The position numbers and the translations under genes are program-made. From positions 276,245 through 340,244 of the forward strand of contig JAKASQ010000002.1 in the NCBI GenBank assembly GCA_021828195.1: DNA of 64,000 nucleotides, written 5' to 3'. The notes beneath the pieces were generated by a model. That model saw only the letters and a program-made list of their open reading frames with translations. It had not been told where the DNA came from and searched no databases. Origin of the DNA: Thermoplasmata archaeon (GTDB lineage: Archaea; Thermoplasmatota; Thermoplasmata; Lutacidiplasmatales; UBA184). Below are positions 18,465 through 28,083 of the stretch, in pieces (the first letter of the stretch is position 1; each line of letters opens with the position of its first letter).

Positions 18465-19811
18465 TCAGCGCGGCGAGGACTCGGTCCCGGTCCGTTTGGG
18501 GTGCTTGCCCTGCGAGAGCGCCTTCTCGCCGATGAACGGCAGCGGACGTAGGTGACGCGCTCCTCCCATCTCCTCGCGGAGCGCCTCAGGGATCTCGATG
18601 CGGCCGTCCGGCCCTTGGTAGTTCTCGAGGATCGCGATCACCAGCCGGGGGAGCGCCACTCCGGAGCCATTCAAGGTGTGCAGGTACTCCGGCTTCTGAG
18701 CCTGGGCCCGACGAAGGCGGATGTTCGTCCGGACGGACTGGTACGCCTCGAAGTTGGAGACCGAGCTCACCTCGAGCCAACGGGAGACCCCGGGGGCCCA
18801 GAGTTCGAGGTCGTAGCACTTGGCGGCCTTCTCGGGGAGGTCGCCGGCGCACAGGTTGAGGACGCGATACGGCAGGTCGAGTCCCCGAAGGACCGCCTCC
18901 GCTTCGCCCCGGAGCGTCTCGAGTTGCGCGTAGGAGTCCTCGGGCGTGCTGAAGTTGACGAGCTCGACCTTGTCGAACTGATGGACCCGGGCGATCCCTC
19001 GGGTCTCGACGCCGTGGCCCCCCGCCTCTCGGCGGAAGCACGGTGTATACGCCATGACCTTGTACGGTAGATCCTCCGGGAGCAGCACTTCGTCCCGGAA
19101 CAGGTTCGTGACCGGGACCTCCGCGGTCGGGGCCAACCACAGGTCATCGAGTTGGACCTGATAGGAGTCCTCGGCGAACTTCGGCAGCTGCCCCGTCCCC
19201 TGCATCGAGGTCGAGTTGATCAGAATGGGCGGGACGACCTCGACGTACCCGTGGGAGAGGTGGAGCTGGCGCATGTAGCGGATGAGCGCGTGTTCGAGGC
19301 GCGCGAGATCGCCCCAGAGGACGTAGAACCCTTCCCCGGCGACCTTGACCCCTCGTTGCTCGTCCAGGAGGTTGAGCTCGTGGCCCACATCGAAGTGCGG
19401 GCGCGGGGCCGAGGGAGCCGCACGACGCATCGCATGCTCCGCGACGACGACGTTCTCCGTCGCGTCCCGGCCCGGCGGGACCGAGGAGTGGGGGATCTGA
19501 GGAAGTCCGAGCAGGCCGGTTCGAAGGCGCTCTTCCAGGGACTCGCTCTTCGTTTCGAGTTCCCGGATCCGTTCCCGCAGTTGCCCGAACTCGGCGCGTC
19601 CGGCTTCCGCGACGTTCGCGGGGGCCGCGGGGGCCGGCCGGTGAGCCGCCGTGTTTCGTTGCGCGCGGAGGCGGTTGATGTCCTCTCCGAGCGATCGTCG
19701 CTCCCGGTCGAGTTCGAGCAAACGGTCGATCTCGCCGGGATCTCGGCCCCGGGCAACCAAACCGGCACGCAGCAGGTCCGGGTGTTCGCGGACGTAGGCC
19801 ATCGGGTACAT
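18465..19811 (-). CDS. serS: Seryl-tRNA synthetase (bacterial type)
   Basis: N-terminal coiled coil, TGQLPKF, PTAEVP, FRREAG, VHQFDKVE, HTLNGSG. Confidence 0.96.
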   Translation of the reverse strand: MYPMAYVREHPDLLRAGLVARGRDPGEIDRLLELDRERRSLGEDINRLRAQRNTAAHRPAPAAPANVAEAGRAEFGQLRERIRELETKSESLEERLRTGLLGLPQIPHSSVPPGRDATENVVVAEHAMRRAAPSAPRPHFDVGHELNLLDEQRGVKVAGEGFYVLWGDLARLEHALIRYMRQLHLSHGYVEVVPPILINSTSMQGTGQLPKFAEDSYQVQLDDLWLAPTAEVPVTNLFRDEVLLPEDLPYKVMAYTPCFRREAGGHGVETRGIARVHQFDKVELVNFSTPEDSYAQLETLRGEAEAVLRGLDLPYRVLNLCAGDLPEKAAKCYDLELWAPGVSRWLEVSSVSNFEAYQSVRTNIRLRRAQAQKPEYLHTLNGSGVALPRLVIAILENYQGPDGRIEIPEALREEMGGARHLRPLPFIGEKALSQGKHPKRTGTESSPR

Positions 19812-19985
19812 CGGTTCCACCCCGGTGAGCCCCGGAGCGATTAACGGTTGTCGTCGACCCGAGCCCCACGATGCGCTCGCACCGTCCTGGCGCCGATGTC
19901 GATTCTCGGCCGGAGCGAAGGCGCCGGGCGCGAGAGGCACCACCGCTATCTGAATGGGGCCCGTCCCGATCGTTGGGTCCCACGC

Positions 19986-21722
19986 GTGAGCCGCCAACGA
20001 TCGCTGGAGGAGTTCCGTACCGGGCCGGGGCCGCTCGTCCCTCCGGTGGCGATGCGACGGCCCAAGTACGAGGGGTATCCCGAGATCTGGCCAGTCGAGA
20101 ACGGGAACATCGTCCACCCCTTCGTCCGATCCGGCACCCTTCGCGCGTTGCCCTTCCAGATCGATCTCGCGCGGATCGGACTCGAGGAAGACCTCCTGGT
20201 CGTGCTTCCGACCGGGCTCGGCAAGACCGTGATCGCCGCCTTGATCGCCTCCGAGGTCCTCCGGCGGACGGACGGCAAGGTTCTCTTTCTCGCCCCGACC
20301 CGTCCGCTCGTCCAACAGCACGCGGACTCCTTTGGGCGGTGGCTGGGCGAGACCCGACGCGCCCGATTCACGGGTACGGTCAAGCGTCCGATCCGCGAAG
20401 GCGCGTGGGAGAATAGCGACCTGGTCTTCGCGACACCCGAGATCATCCAGAACGACCTTGCGGCCGGCCGGTACGATCTCTCGGACGTCCAGCTGCTCGT
20501 CTTCGACGAGGCCCACCACGCAGTCGGCAAGTACGTCTACGTCCCGATCGCGGAGCGGTACCGGAAGGAACGCCCGAAGGGAGGCCGCGTCCTCGGTCTG
20601 ACCGCGTCCCCCGGGGGCAAGGACGAGCGGATCGAGGAGGTCGTCGCCGCTCTCGGGGTCGCAAGGATCGAGGCCCGCAGCCGAGAGGACGACGGGGTCC
20701 GCGAGTACGTGCAGGAGATCGACGTCGAGTACCGTTGGGTCGACCTGACACCGGAGGTTCGCGAGATCCGAGATCGCCTCCGGGACGCCTCCCACGAGAC
20801 GGCGCGACGACTGCAACGACTCGGGTACCTTCGCCAGAAGCCGATCCCTTCGTTGACCGTCAAGGATCTGATCGCCCTGCGGGCCGAGATCTTCGCCCGC
20901 CCGGGGCCGATGGTGCGCAAGTTCGGCCCGCTCTATCACCAGCTCATCCTCCTCCACCTCTTTCACGCCGAAGAGCGACTCGAGACCCAGGGCGTGGAAC
21001 CGTTCCTCCAGTACCTCGACCGCCTCGCGGCGAAAGAGAAGCCGAGTCGAGGCGACCGTGCGGTGCTGGCACTCCCCGGCATCGCGGAGGCCCGCCGGCG
21101 GGCCGAGGACTACCTGCGGAGTGGGTGCGAAGCGTCCCACCCCAAGCTCGACGCGCTCGTCGAGCTCGTCCGCGAACAACTGGCTCGTCCTCAGGAGCAT
21201 CGACCCCGCATCCTCATCTTTGCCCAATACCGCGACACGATCCAAGGGGTCCAGTCGATCCTGGAGGCCCAGAGCTGGAAGGTAGGCCGGTTCGTGGGCC
21301 AGGCCACGCGGGACGCGTCGGACCCGGGGATGAACCAGGTCGAGCAGGCCCAGATCCTGGGCGCGTTCCGGGCCGGAGCGTTCCCGATCATGGTCGCCAG
21401 CAGTGTCGCGGAAGAAGGGCTGGACGTCCCCGACGTCGATCTCGTCGTGTTCTTCGAGTCGATCCCGAGCGAGATCCGGGCGATCCAGCGCCGAGGGCGA
21501 ACGGGACGCACTTCGACCGGGCGCGTCGTGGTCCTCCTCACGCGAGACACCCGAGACGTCCGACATCAAGCCGCCGAGGTCCGCCGCGAGCGATCGATGC
21601 GCCGGATCGTCCGCAAGCTTTCCGCTGCCTCAAAGATGCGGGGCGCGGCGGGGTTGGCCGAGCAGGCGCGCACGCGCCGGGCCCCTCGCCGAAAACGGGC
21701 GCGCACGCCGCCCGCCTCTTAA
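19986..21722 (+). CDS. Hef/FANCM-like SF2 helicase lacking a C-terminal nuclease domain
   Basis: PTGLGKT, DEAHH, LTASPG, SVAEEGLD, IQRRGRTGR; GTG start inferred. Confidence 0.9.
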   Translation: MSRQRSLEEFRTGPGPLVPPVAMRRPKYEGYPEIWPVENGNIVHPFVRSGTLRALPFQIDLARIGLEEDLLVVLPTGLGKTVIAALIASEVLRRTDGKVLFLAPTRPLVQQHADSFGRWLGETRRARFTGTVKRPIREGAWENSDLVFATPEIIQNDLAAGRYDLSDVQLLVFDEAHHAVGKYVYVPIAERYRKERPKGGRVLGLTASPGGKDERIEEVVAALGVARIEARSREDDGVREYVQEIDVEYRWVDLTPEVREIRDRLRDASHETARRLQRLGYLRQKPIPSLTVKDLIALRAEIFARPGPMVRKFGPLYHQLILLHLFHAEERLETQGVEPFLQYLDRLAAKEKPSRGDRAVLALPGIAEARRRAEDYLRSGCEASHPKLDALVELVREQLARPQEHRPRILIFAQYRDTIQGVQSILEAQSWKVGRFVGQATRDASDPGMNQVEQAQILGAFRAGAFPIMVASSVAEEGLDVPDVDLVVFFESIPSEIRAIQRRGRTGRTSTGRVVVLLTRDTRDVRHQAAEVRRERSMRRIVRKLSAASKMRGAAGLAEQARTRRAPRRKRARTPPAS

Positions 21723-21752
21723 GCTAGGGCCCGAGGCCGGTCGAGTGCTGAA

Positions 21753-21759
21753 TTTATAT
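21753..21759 (+). promoter_or_regulatory. TATA box of kdp operon
   Basis: TTTATAT in GC-rich background ~36 nt upstream of the kdpF-like ATG. Confidence 0.65.
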
Positions 21760-21794
21760 CGCGCGCCCGGGGTTCCTCGTCCCGGTTGGCGCTC

Positions 21795-21908
21795 ATGGAC
21801 CTGCTCGGCGATATCACCGCCAATCTCGGCATGGTGGTATTCACGGGCCTCTCGTTCCTGCTCATCGCCTATCTCGTCCTCTGGATGATCCATCCAGAGT
21901 CGGACTGA
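21795..21908 (+). CDS. kdpF: KdpF-like small membrane subunit (37 aa, absent from ORF track)
   Basis: MDLLGDITANLGMVVFTGLSFLLIAYLVLWMIHPESD: single TM helix ending in YLxxxxxxPE, directly upstream of kdpA. Confidence 0.8.
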   Translation: MDLLGDITANLGMVVFTGLSFLLIAYLVLWMIHPESD

Positions 21909-21918
21909 TCGGAGTACC

Positions 21919-23625
21919 GTGTTCGATCCGCGGAGTCTGATTGACGTAGTCCTGGTACTCGTAGTCGTCCTCCTGATGGCGCCGTTCTTCGGGCGCTATC
22001 TGGGGCGGGTGTTCACCGATCGACCTGCGTTCGGGGACCGGTTCTGGAACCCGATCGAGCATCAGCTCTTCCGGCTCATCGGTACCAATCCTCGGCACTC
22101 GATGCGGTTCAAGGAGTACACGCTCGCCCTCCTCGTCACGAGCGCGGCGATCGTGCTGTGGATCTTCGCACTGATGGTCTTCCAATCCTCCCTGCCTTGG
22201 AACCCCAACGGGATCCCGGGGATGTCGTGGGATCTCGCCCTTCATACGGCCTCCTCCTTCACTACCAACACCGACTTCACCCATTTTGTCGCGGAATCGC
22301 AACTGAGCCTCGGTGGTGCGATCCTGGGACTCCAGATCGCGCTGTTCCTCTCCGCCGGGACCGGCCTCGCGGTGGTGGTCGCGTTCATCCGGGGGTTCAC
22401 GCGCCAGGACGGCACGCTCGGCAACTTCTACGTCGATCTCGTTCGCGCCGTCACGCGGGTCCTGCTCCCGATGGCGATCCTCGGCGCGCTCGTTCTGGTC
22501 GCGATGGGGCTCCCCCAGACGTTCACGAGCTCCGTCACGGCGTATCCCATGACGGGCGGCGTCCAGACGATCTACCTCGGTCCGGTCGCCTCCTGGACAT
22601 CGATCGAGATGCTGGGCACGAACGGGGGAGGATGGTACGCGGCCAATGCCGCGAACCAGCTCGCCAACCCGACGGTCCTCTCGATGCTCTTCCAGACGGG
22701 GCTGATGCTCCTCATCCCGTTCTCGCTCCCGTTCATGTTCGGCCAGATGGTCCGCAAGCCGAACGAAGCGAACCCGTACATCGCAACGATCCTGATCGTT
22801 TTCCTGGTCGCGCTCGGGCTGTTCATGTACTTCCAGTATATCGGGAACCCCGCGCTCGGCGCGCTCCCGGGAGTGACGATTTCGGGGAACTACCCGATCG
22901 GGCAACAGTCGCTGGGAACCTTACCGGAGACCTCGTTCTTCCAGGTCTCTTCGATCTATGCCAACGTGGGCGCTCAGGAGATGGCCCTCGGGTCGATCAC
23001 GCCGGGCGCCCAGATGGTGTCGTTCTTCGGCATGTTCACGCAGAGCACCCCCGGCGGGGTGGGGACCGGATTCGGAGTTCTCCTCGTATTCTCCCTGGTC
23101 GCGGTGTTCATCGGCGGCCTGATGGTGGGCCGGACCCCGGAATACCTCGGCAAGAGGGTCGGCAAGGACCAGATGCGTTGGTCGGCGTTCCTCCTCATCA
23201 GTCACCCGGCGGTGATCCTCGTGCCCGTCGTGGTCGTGTTCTTGGCCGGGCTCTCGATCCCGGCGCTCGGAGCGGTCCGGCCCAACCTGCAGGTGAACGC
23301 CCACCAGTTCTCGATCCTGCTGTACGAGTTCACGAGCGAGGGCGCGAACAACGGCAGCGCGATGGGCCCGATCCTCGACAATACGATGTTCTTCAATCTC
23401 GCCGGCGCGGCGGTCATGCTCGTCGGCCGGTTCTTCCCTATGATCGCGATGCTCGCGATCGGGTCGCTGTTCTCCCGCGAGGAGCCAATCCCCGCTTCGA
23501 CGGGAACGCTCCAGACGAACAGCTTCACGTTCACCCTGTACCTCACGATGCTGCTGATCATCGTATCCGGGCTGCTGTTCCTGCCTGTGATCGCGCTCGG
23601 ACCGCTCTCCCAGGTCGGAGGCTAG
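21919..23625 (+). CDS. kdpA: K+-transporting ATPase subunit A
   Basis: GNFYVD, LGTNGGG, GLMVGRTPEYLGK, ANNGSA, LALGP-like C-terminus. Confidence 0.96.
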   Translation: MFDPRSLIDVVLVLVVVLLMAPFFGRYLGRVFTDRPAFGDRFWNPIEHQLFRLIGTNPRHSMRFKEYTLALLVTSAAIVLWIFALMVFQSSLPWNPNGIPGMSWDLALHTASSFTTNTDFTHFVAESQLSLGGAILGLQIALFLSAGTGLAVVVAFIRGFTRQDGTLGNFYVDLVRAVTRVLLPMAILGALVLVAMGLPQTFTSSVTAYPMTGGVQTIYLGPVASWTSIEMLGTNGGGWYAANAANQLANPTVLSMLFQTGLMLLIPFSLPFMFGQMVRKPNEANPYIATILIVFLVALGLFMYFQYIGNPALGALPGVTISGNYPIGQQSLGTLPETSFFQVSSIYANVGAQEMALGSITPGAQMVSFFGMFTQSTPGGVGTGFGVLLVFSLVAVFIGGLMVGRTPEYLGKRVGKDQMRWSAFLLISHPAVILVPVVVVFLAGLSIPALGAVRPNLQVNAHQFSILLYEFTSEGANNGSAMGPILDNTMFFNLAGAAVMLVGRFFPMIAMLAIGSLFSREEPIPASTGTLQTNSFTFTLYLTMLLIIVSGLLFLPVIALGPLSQVGG

Positions 23626-23626
23626 C

Positions 23627-25780
23627 ATGATCGAGCCCACGATGGAGGAGATCGCAGCGAGCTCCGCCACCGCCGCTGCCCCGGCGGCCCGGAGAGCCCC
23701 CCACACCTCCTGGCGCCGCGTGCTGAGCGACTCGTTCCGCTACTTCGATCCCCGACGCGAGATCCGCCACCCGGTCATGTTCGTCGTCTGGGTGTTCTTC
23801 GTCTTCCTCGCGATCCTCACGGCCTTCCCGCGAGCGTTCCCGGACGTGGCGGCGACCTACAGCGCGGGCTACTACTTCGCTCTGACCGTCATCCTGTTCC
23901 TCACGCTCTGGTTCGGTCACCTCGCCGAAGCGATCGCCGAGGCGCGCGGCCGCGCCCAGGCGGAGAGCCTGCGCCAGATCCGCAGTGGCATGCGCGCGCG
24001 CCAGCTCCTCCCGGACCAAACGACCCGCTGGGTGCCCTCCGACGCGCTCCACATCGGGGACTTGGTCGTCATCGAGGCCTCCGAGGTCGTCCCCCTGGAC
24101 GGTGACGTGGTCCGTGGCGCCGCGCTCATCGACGAATCGATGATGACGGGCGAATCGGCGCCCGCAATCCGAGAGAGCGGAGGCGACCGGACGAGCGTGC
24201 TCGGCGGGACTCGCATCGTTCAGGGCACCGTGACCGTCCGCATCTCGGCCAGCGTCGGGCACTCCTTCCTCGACCGCTTGATCGGGCTGGTCGAGAACGC
24301 CGGGCGCGAACCGACCCCGAACGAGCTCGCGCTCGGCGTCCTTCTCGCCTCGCTCACCGCCGTCCTGCTCGTGGTCATCGTGACATTCGCGGACCTGTCC
24401 GGGCCGTCCGGCGTCGTGACGATCAGCGTCGCGACGATCCTCGCGCTGTTCGTCGCGCTGATGCCCACCACGATCGGAGCGCTCCTGCCGGCCATCGGAA
24501 TCTCGGGGATCAACCGGGTCGCAAAGGCGAACGTGATCGCAAAGTCGGGAACGGCCATCGAGGCCGCCGGCGATCTCGACGTCCTGATCCTGGACAAGAC
24601 CGGGACAGTCACCGTCGGAAACCGACTCGCGGTCCAGTTCATCCCCGCTCCCGGGGTCGACCCGGGCGAACTGGCTTCCGCGGCGCTCCTCTCTTCGAGC
24701 CTCGACGACACCCCGGAGGGTCGCTCGATCGTGCGCCTCGCCGCGCGGCGCGGGGCGACGGCGCCCCGCCTCGAGCCCGGAAGCTACCAGGTATTGGTCT
24801 TCACGGCGGAACGCCGCATGAGCGGGCTCACCCTGAAGGGGGGCCAGGAGATCTTCAAGGGATCGATCGATTCGATGGAGGCCTACGGCGCGGTGATGCC
24901 GCCGGAGCTGCGCGATGCGGCCCGAGAACAGTCGCGCTTGGGAATGACCCCGCTCGTCATCTCGGAGAACCGTCGCCCGCTCGGGATCGTCGCGCTCAAG
25001 GACGTCGTCAAGCCCGGCATCAAGGACCGCATCCACGAGCTGAAGACGATGGGGATCCGCACGATCATGTGCACGGGCGACAACCGGATCACCGCCGCGG
25101 CGATCGCCCGAGAGAGCGGGGTCGATGAGTTCATCGCCGAAGCGAAGCCCGAGACAAAGCTCCAGATCATCGAACGGGAGAAGGCCCAGGGTCGCCTGGT
25201 GGCGATGAGCGGGGACGGCTCGAACGATGCTCCGGCGCTCGCGCGGGCCGACGTGGGCCTCGCGATGAACAGCGGGACGAGCGCGGCGAAGGAGGCCGGC
25301 AACATGGTCGACCTCGACAACGATCCGACGAAGCTCATCGAGATCGTGTCGATCGGCAAGCAGCTCCTGATCACCCGCGGCGCCCTAACGACCTTCACGA
25401 TCACCAACGACGTCGCGAAGTACTTCGCGATCCTGCCCGCGATCTTCGTGACCGCGTCCGGAGCCGCGATCGCCGGGGTGGCGTCGCTCAACGTCCTCGG
25501 CCTCACCAACCCGGGCATCGCCGTGATCGCGACGCTGTTCTTCAACGCGATCGTGATTCCCTTGCTGATCCCGCTCGCGCTGTTCGGCGTGGGGTTCCGG
25601 CCGCGCCCGGCCATCGACCTCCTGCGCCGGAACCTGCTCATCTACGGCCTCGGGGGCCTCGTGAGCGCGTTCGCGGGGATCTGGCTCGTCTACCAGCTCT
25701 TCATCTGGGCCGCCGCCACCCCGCTCGTCGGCGGGATCGGCGCCACGCTCTCCCACATCCTACCGCTCGGAGGTCTGTAG
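23627..25780 (+). CDS. kdpB: K+-transporting ATPase subunit B
   Basis: TGES, PTTIG, DKTGT, TGDN, GDGSNDAPALA, NDVAKYFAI. Confidence 0.97.
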   Translation: MIEPTMEEIAASSATAAAPAARRAPHTSWRRVLSDSFRYFDPRREIRHPVMFVVWVFFVFLAILTAFPRAFPDVAATYSAGYYFALTVILFLTLWFGHLAEAIAEARGRAQAESLRQIRSGMRARQLLPDQTTRWVPSDALHIGDLVVIEASEVVPLDGDVVRGAALIDESMMTGESAPAIRESGGDRTSVLGGTRIVQGTVTVRISASVGHSFLDRLIGLVENAGREPTPNELALGVLLASLTAVLLVVIVTFADLSGPSGVVTISVATILALFVALMPTTIGALLPAIGISGINRVAKANVIAKSGTAIEAAGDLDVLILDKTGTVTVGNRLAVQFIPAPGVDPGELASAALLSSSLDDTPEGRSIVRLAARRGATAPRLEPGSYQVLVFTAERRMSGLTLKGGQEIFKGSIDSMEAYGAVMPPELRDAAREQSRLGMTPLVISENRRPLGIVALKDVVKPGIKDRIHELKTMGIRTIMCTGDNRITAAAIARESGVDEFIAEAKPETKLQIIEREKAQGRLVAMSGDGSNDAPALARADVGLAMNSGTSAAKEAGNMVDLDNDPTKLIEIVSIGKQLLITRGALTTFTITNDVAKYFAILPAIFVTASGAAIAGVASLNVLGLTNPGIAVIATLFFNAIVIPLLIPLALFGVGFRPRPAIDLLRRNLLIYGLGGLVSAFAGIWLVYQLFIWAAATPLVGGIGATLSHILPLGGL

Positions 25781-25783
25781 ACC

Positions 25784-26458
25784 ATGTCCGGAGCGCTCGG
25801 GCCGCCCGCGCGATCGAGCGAACCCGCCTCCCCGAGCCGCGGGGCGAGCGCGTCCCCGGCCGATGCGCCCCAGCGGATGCGCTCGCACGTTCGAGCGGCG
25901 GTGGTGATCGTCGTCCTCGCCGTCGTGGTCGTGGGGCTCGGCTACCCGGCGCTGTTGACGGGGGTCGCGGACCTCATTTCCCCCGGGACTGCCGGGGGAT
26001 CGCTCTTGCACGCCACGAACGGGACCGTCGTCGGCTCGTCGCTCGTTGGCCAGAACTTCAGCCGTCCGTACCTGTTCTGGGACCGGCCCTCGACAAACGA
26101 TTACAGTACGACCCTGGGGTACGAGACCCCACCCGGGCCGACCGACCCGGCGCTCCGCGCTTTGCTGAACGAAACTATTGCCTACATGAAGCAGTATGGG
26201 AACCTCACCGTGAACGCCTCGATCCCCCTCGTGCTGGTCAGCCCGTCGTACTCGGGCTTCGACCCGTACCTGACCCCCGAGGCGGTCCTGGTCCAGGTCC
26301 CCCGCGTCGCCAACGCGACGGGCGAGTCGATCGCGAGCGTGACCGCGTTCGTCAACTCCTACATCACCCCGCCGCTGTTCGGATTCATCGGACCGGCCTA
26401 TGTCAACGTCGTGAACCTCGACTACGCCCTCGTCGCCTGGACGGGAGTGGGACCCTAG
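25784..26458 (+). CDS. kdpC: K+-transporting ATPase subunit C
   Basis: N-terminal TM, GSSLVGQNF, RPS, SGFDPY, VNVVNLD. Confidence 0.93.
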   Translation: MSGALGPPARSSEPASPSRGASASPADAPQRMRSHVRAAVVIVVLAVVVVGLGYPALLTGVADLISPGTAGGSLLHATNGTVVGSSLVGQNFSRPYLFWDRPSTNDYSTTLGYETPPGPTDPALRALLNETIAYMKQYGNLTVNASIPLVLVSPSYSGFDPYLTPEAVLVQVPRVANATGESIASVTAFVNSYITPPLFGFIGPAYVNVVNLDYALVAWTGVGP

Positions 26459-26460
26459 CG

Positions 26461-27264
26461 ATGTACCGGCACATCCTCGTCCCCGTCCGTTCCCCGCCCG
26501 AGGTCGAGCCGATGATCCGCTTCGCGGCCTCGCTGTTGGATGCGGACGGAGAGATTCGCATGCTGCACGTCATCCCGACGACCACGATGCCGCAGGTGAC
26601 CCGGGAGTGGCGAGCCTCGGTCAACCTCGTGATCCCGGCCCACGAGACGGCGGCCTCGCTCGACGTCCGGGTCGAACCCGAGATCCGCGCCAGCGTGGAC
26701 GTACCGGCCGAGATTCTCGAGAGCGCCGAGGCGCACTCCGCCGACGCGATCCTGCTCAGCCTCGGCGGCGACCGGCGCAGCCGCAATCCGTTCGTGGGGC
26801 ACACCGCGAGCGCGATCCTGCACTATGCCTCCGCCGACATCCTCGTGATCAACCGGCTCGCCCTCGCCACGCCCAAGATCCCGAGGATCCTCGTGCCCAC
26901 GCTCGTCGGGCGCACTCCGCCCAAGGCGATGCGCCTCGCCGAGGAGATCTCGATCCACAACGGCGGCGTGCCCATCGTCACGCTCGACATCGGTCCGTCC
27001 TCGCGATCCGACGAGGGCGAAAGTGACCACACCGCCCGAGGGGTCCCGATCCTCCACCGTCATTCCACGGTCAGCGAGGCGCTCCTCGGACGCCGCAAGC
27101 ACACCGCCGAGCTGATCCTCCAGGGCGCCGCACGAGAGCGCTACGGCCTGTTGCTCGTGGGGGAAGATTCCCACAGCGTGAGCCACGCCCCGTTCCTGAC
27201 CCGACCGTTCCTCGAAGAGCTGTTCCGGTCGGCGCCGTGCCCCGTGGTGGCCATCCGCGGCTAG
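26461..27264 (+). CDS. Tandem universal stress protein (KdpQ-like position)
   Basis: MYRHILVPV, VGHTASAIL, second domain RILVP...APCPVVAIR; 2 nt after kdpC. Confidence 0.88.
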   Translation: MYRHILVPVRSPPEVEPMIRFAASLLDADGEIRMLHVIPTTTMPQVTREWRASVNLVIPAHETAASLDVRVEPEIRASVDVPAEILESAEAHSADAILLSLGGDRRSRNPFVGHTASAILHYASADILVINRLALATPKIPRILVPTLVGRTPPKAMRLAEEISIHNGGVPIVTLDIGPSSRSDEGESDHTARGVPILHRHSTVSEALLGRRKHTAELILQGAARERYGLLLVGEDSHSVSHAPFLTRPFLEELFRSAPCPVVAIRG

Positions 27265-27282
27265 CCTCCTGGGTCCCCGGCG

Positions 27283-28068
27283 ATGGCGGAGCTGTGGTTC
27301 GTCGGCCTCGGCCTCGGGGACGAGCGGGATCTCTCGCGTCGCGGCGCGGAAGCGCTGCGCCGGTGCGAGCGCATCTTCGCGGAGGAGTACACGGCCATCC
27401 TCGAAGCCGGAGCCCTCGATCGCCTCGCGCAGGAGATCGGCCACCGCATCGAGCGCCTCGGGCGGACGGACGTCGAATCCGAGCGCACGATCCTGGACGC
27501 CCTTGCCCGCTCCGAGCGGGTCGGGTTCGTGACGGCCGGCGATCCGTTCGCCGCCACGACGCACGTCGCGCTGCGCCTGGCCGCGGAGCGCGCCGGCCAC
27601 ACCTGGCGATACGTGCCCAACGCCTCCATCTTTACCGCGGCCCCGGGATTCCTCGGCCTGATGGCCTACCGGTTCGGCCGGACGGTCTCCCTGCCGTTCC
27701 CGGCCCCGGGGTTCGCGCCGACCTCGCCGGTGGCCGAGATCGGCAAGAATCGCTCGATCGGCGCGCACACGCTGGTGCTGCTGGATCTGCACCCGTCGGA
27801 GGGACGGTTCCTCGAGGCGGGCGAAGCGATCCGCATTCTCCTCGAGCGCGATCCGGAGCGCGTGGGAATCGCTGCGGACCGGGAGATCGCGGTCGTCGCG
27901 AGGATCGGAAGCGATACGGCCGACGCGTGGGTCGGGCCGGCGCTCGAGTTGGCCGGGACCGAGTTCGGCCCACCGCTGCACGCACTCGTGATCCTGGCGC
28001 CCGAGCTCCACTTCGCCGAGAACGAGGCCCTCGCCCGGTTCCGGCGCTCGGCCGCGGTGAGCTCGTAG
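27283..28068 (+). CDS. dph5: Diphthine synthase
   Basis: FVGLGL, EEYT, GDPFAATTH, YRFGRTVS, HTLVLLD, PPLHAL. Confidence 0.94.
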   Translation: MAELWFVGLGLGDERDLSRRGAEALRRCERIFAEEYTAILEAGALDRLAQEIGHRIERLGRTDVESERTILDALARSERVGFVTAGDPFAATTHVALRLAAERAGHTWRYVPNASIFTAAPGFLGLMAYRFGRTVSLPFPAPGFAPTSPVAEIGKNRSIGAHTLVLLDLHPSEGRFLEAGEAIRILLERDPERVGIAADREIAVVARIGSDTADAWVGPALELAGTEFGPPLHALVILAPELHFAENEALARFRRSAAVSS

Positions 28069-28083
28069 GAGCGGCGGGCCCGG

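Noticed and set aside
18465..21569. 1034-aa ORF and many other long overlapping ORFs in the track (e.g. 28108-30654, 3629-5740)
   Set aside because: Antisense or alternate-frame shadows caused by high GC; only the C-terminal 448 aa of this one (serS) is a real protein
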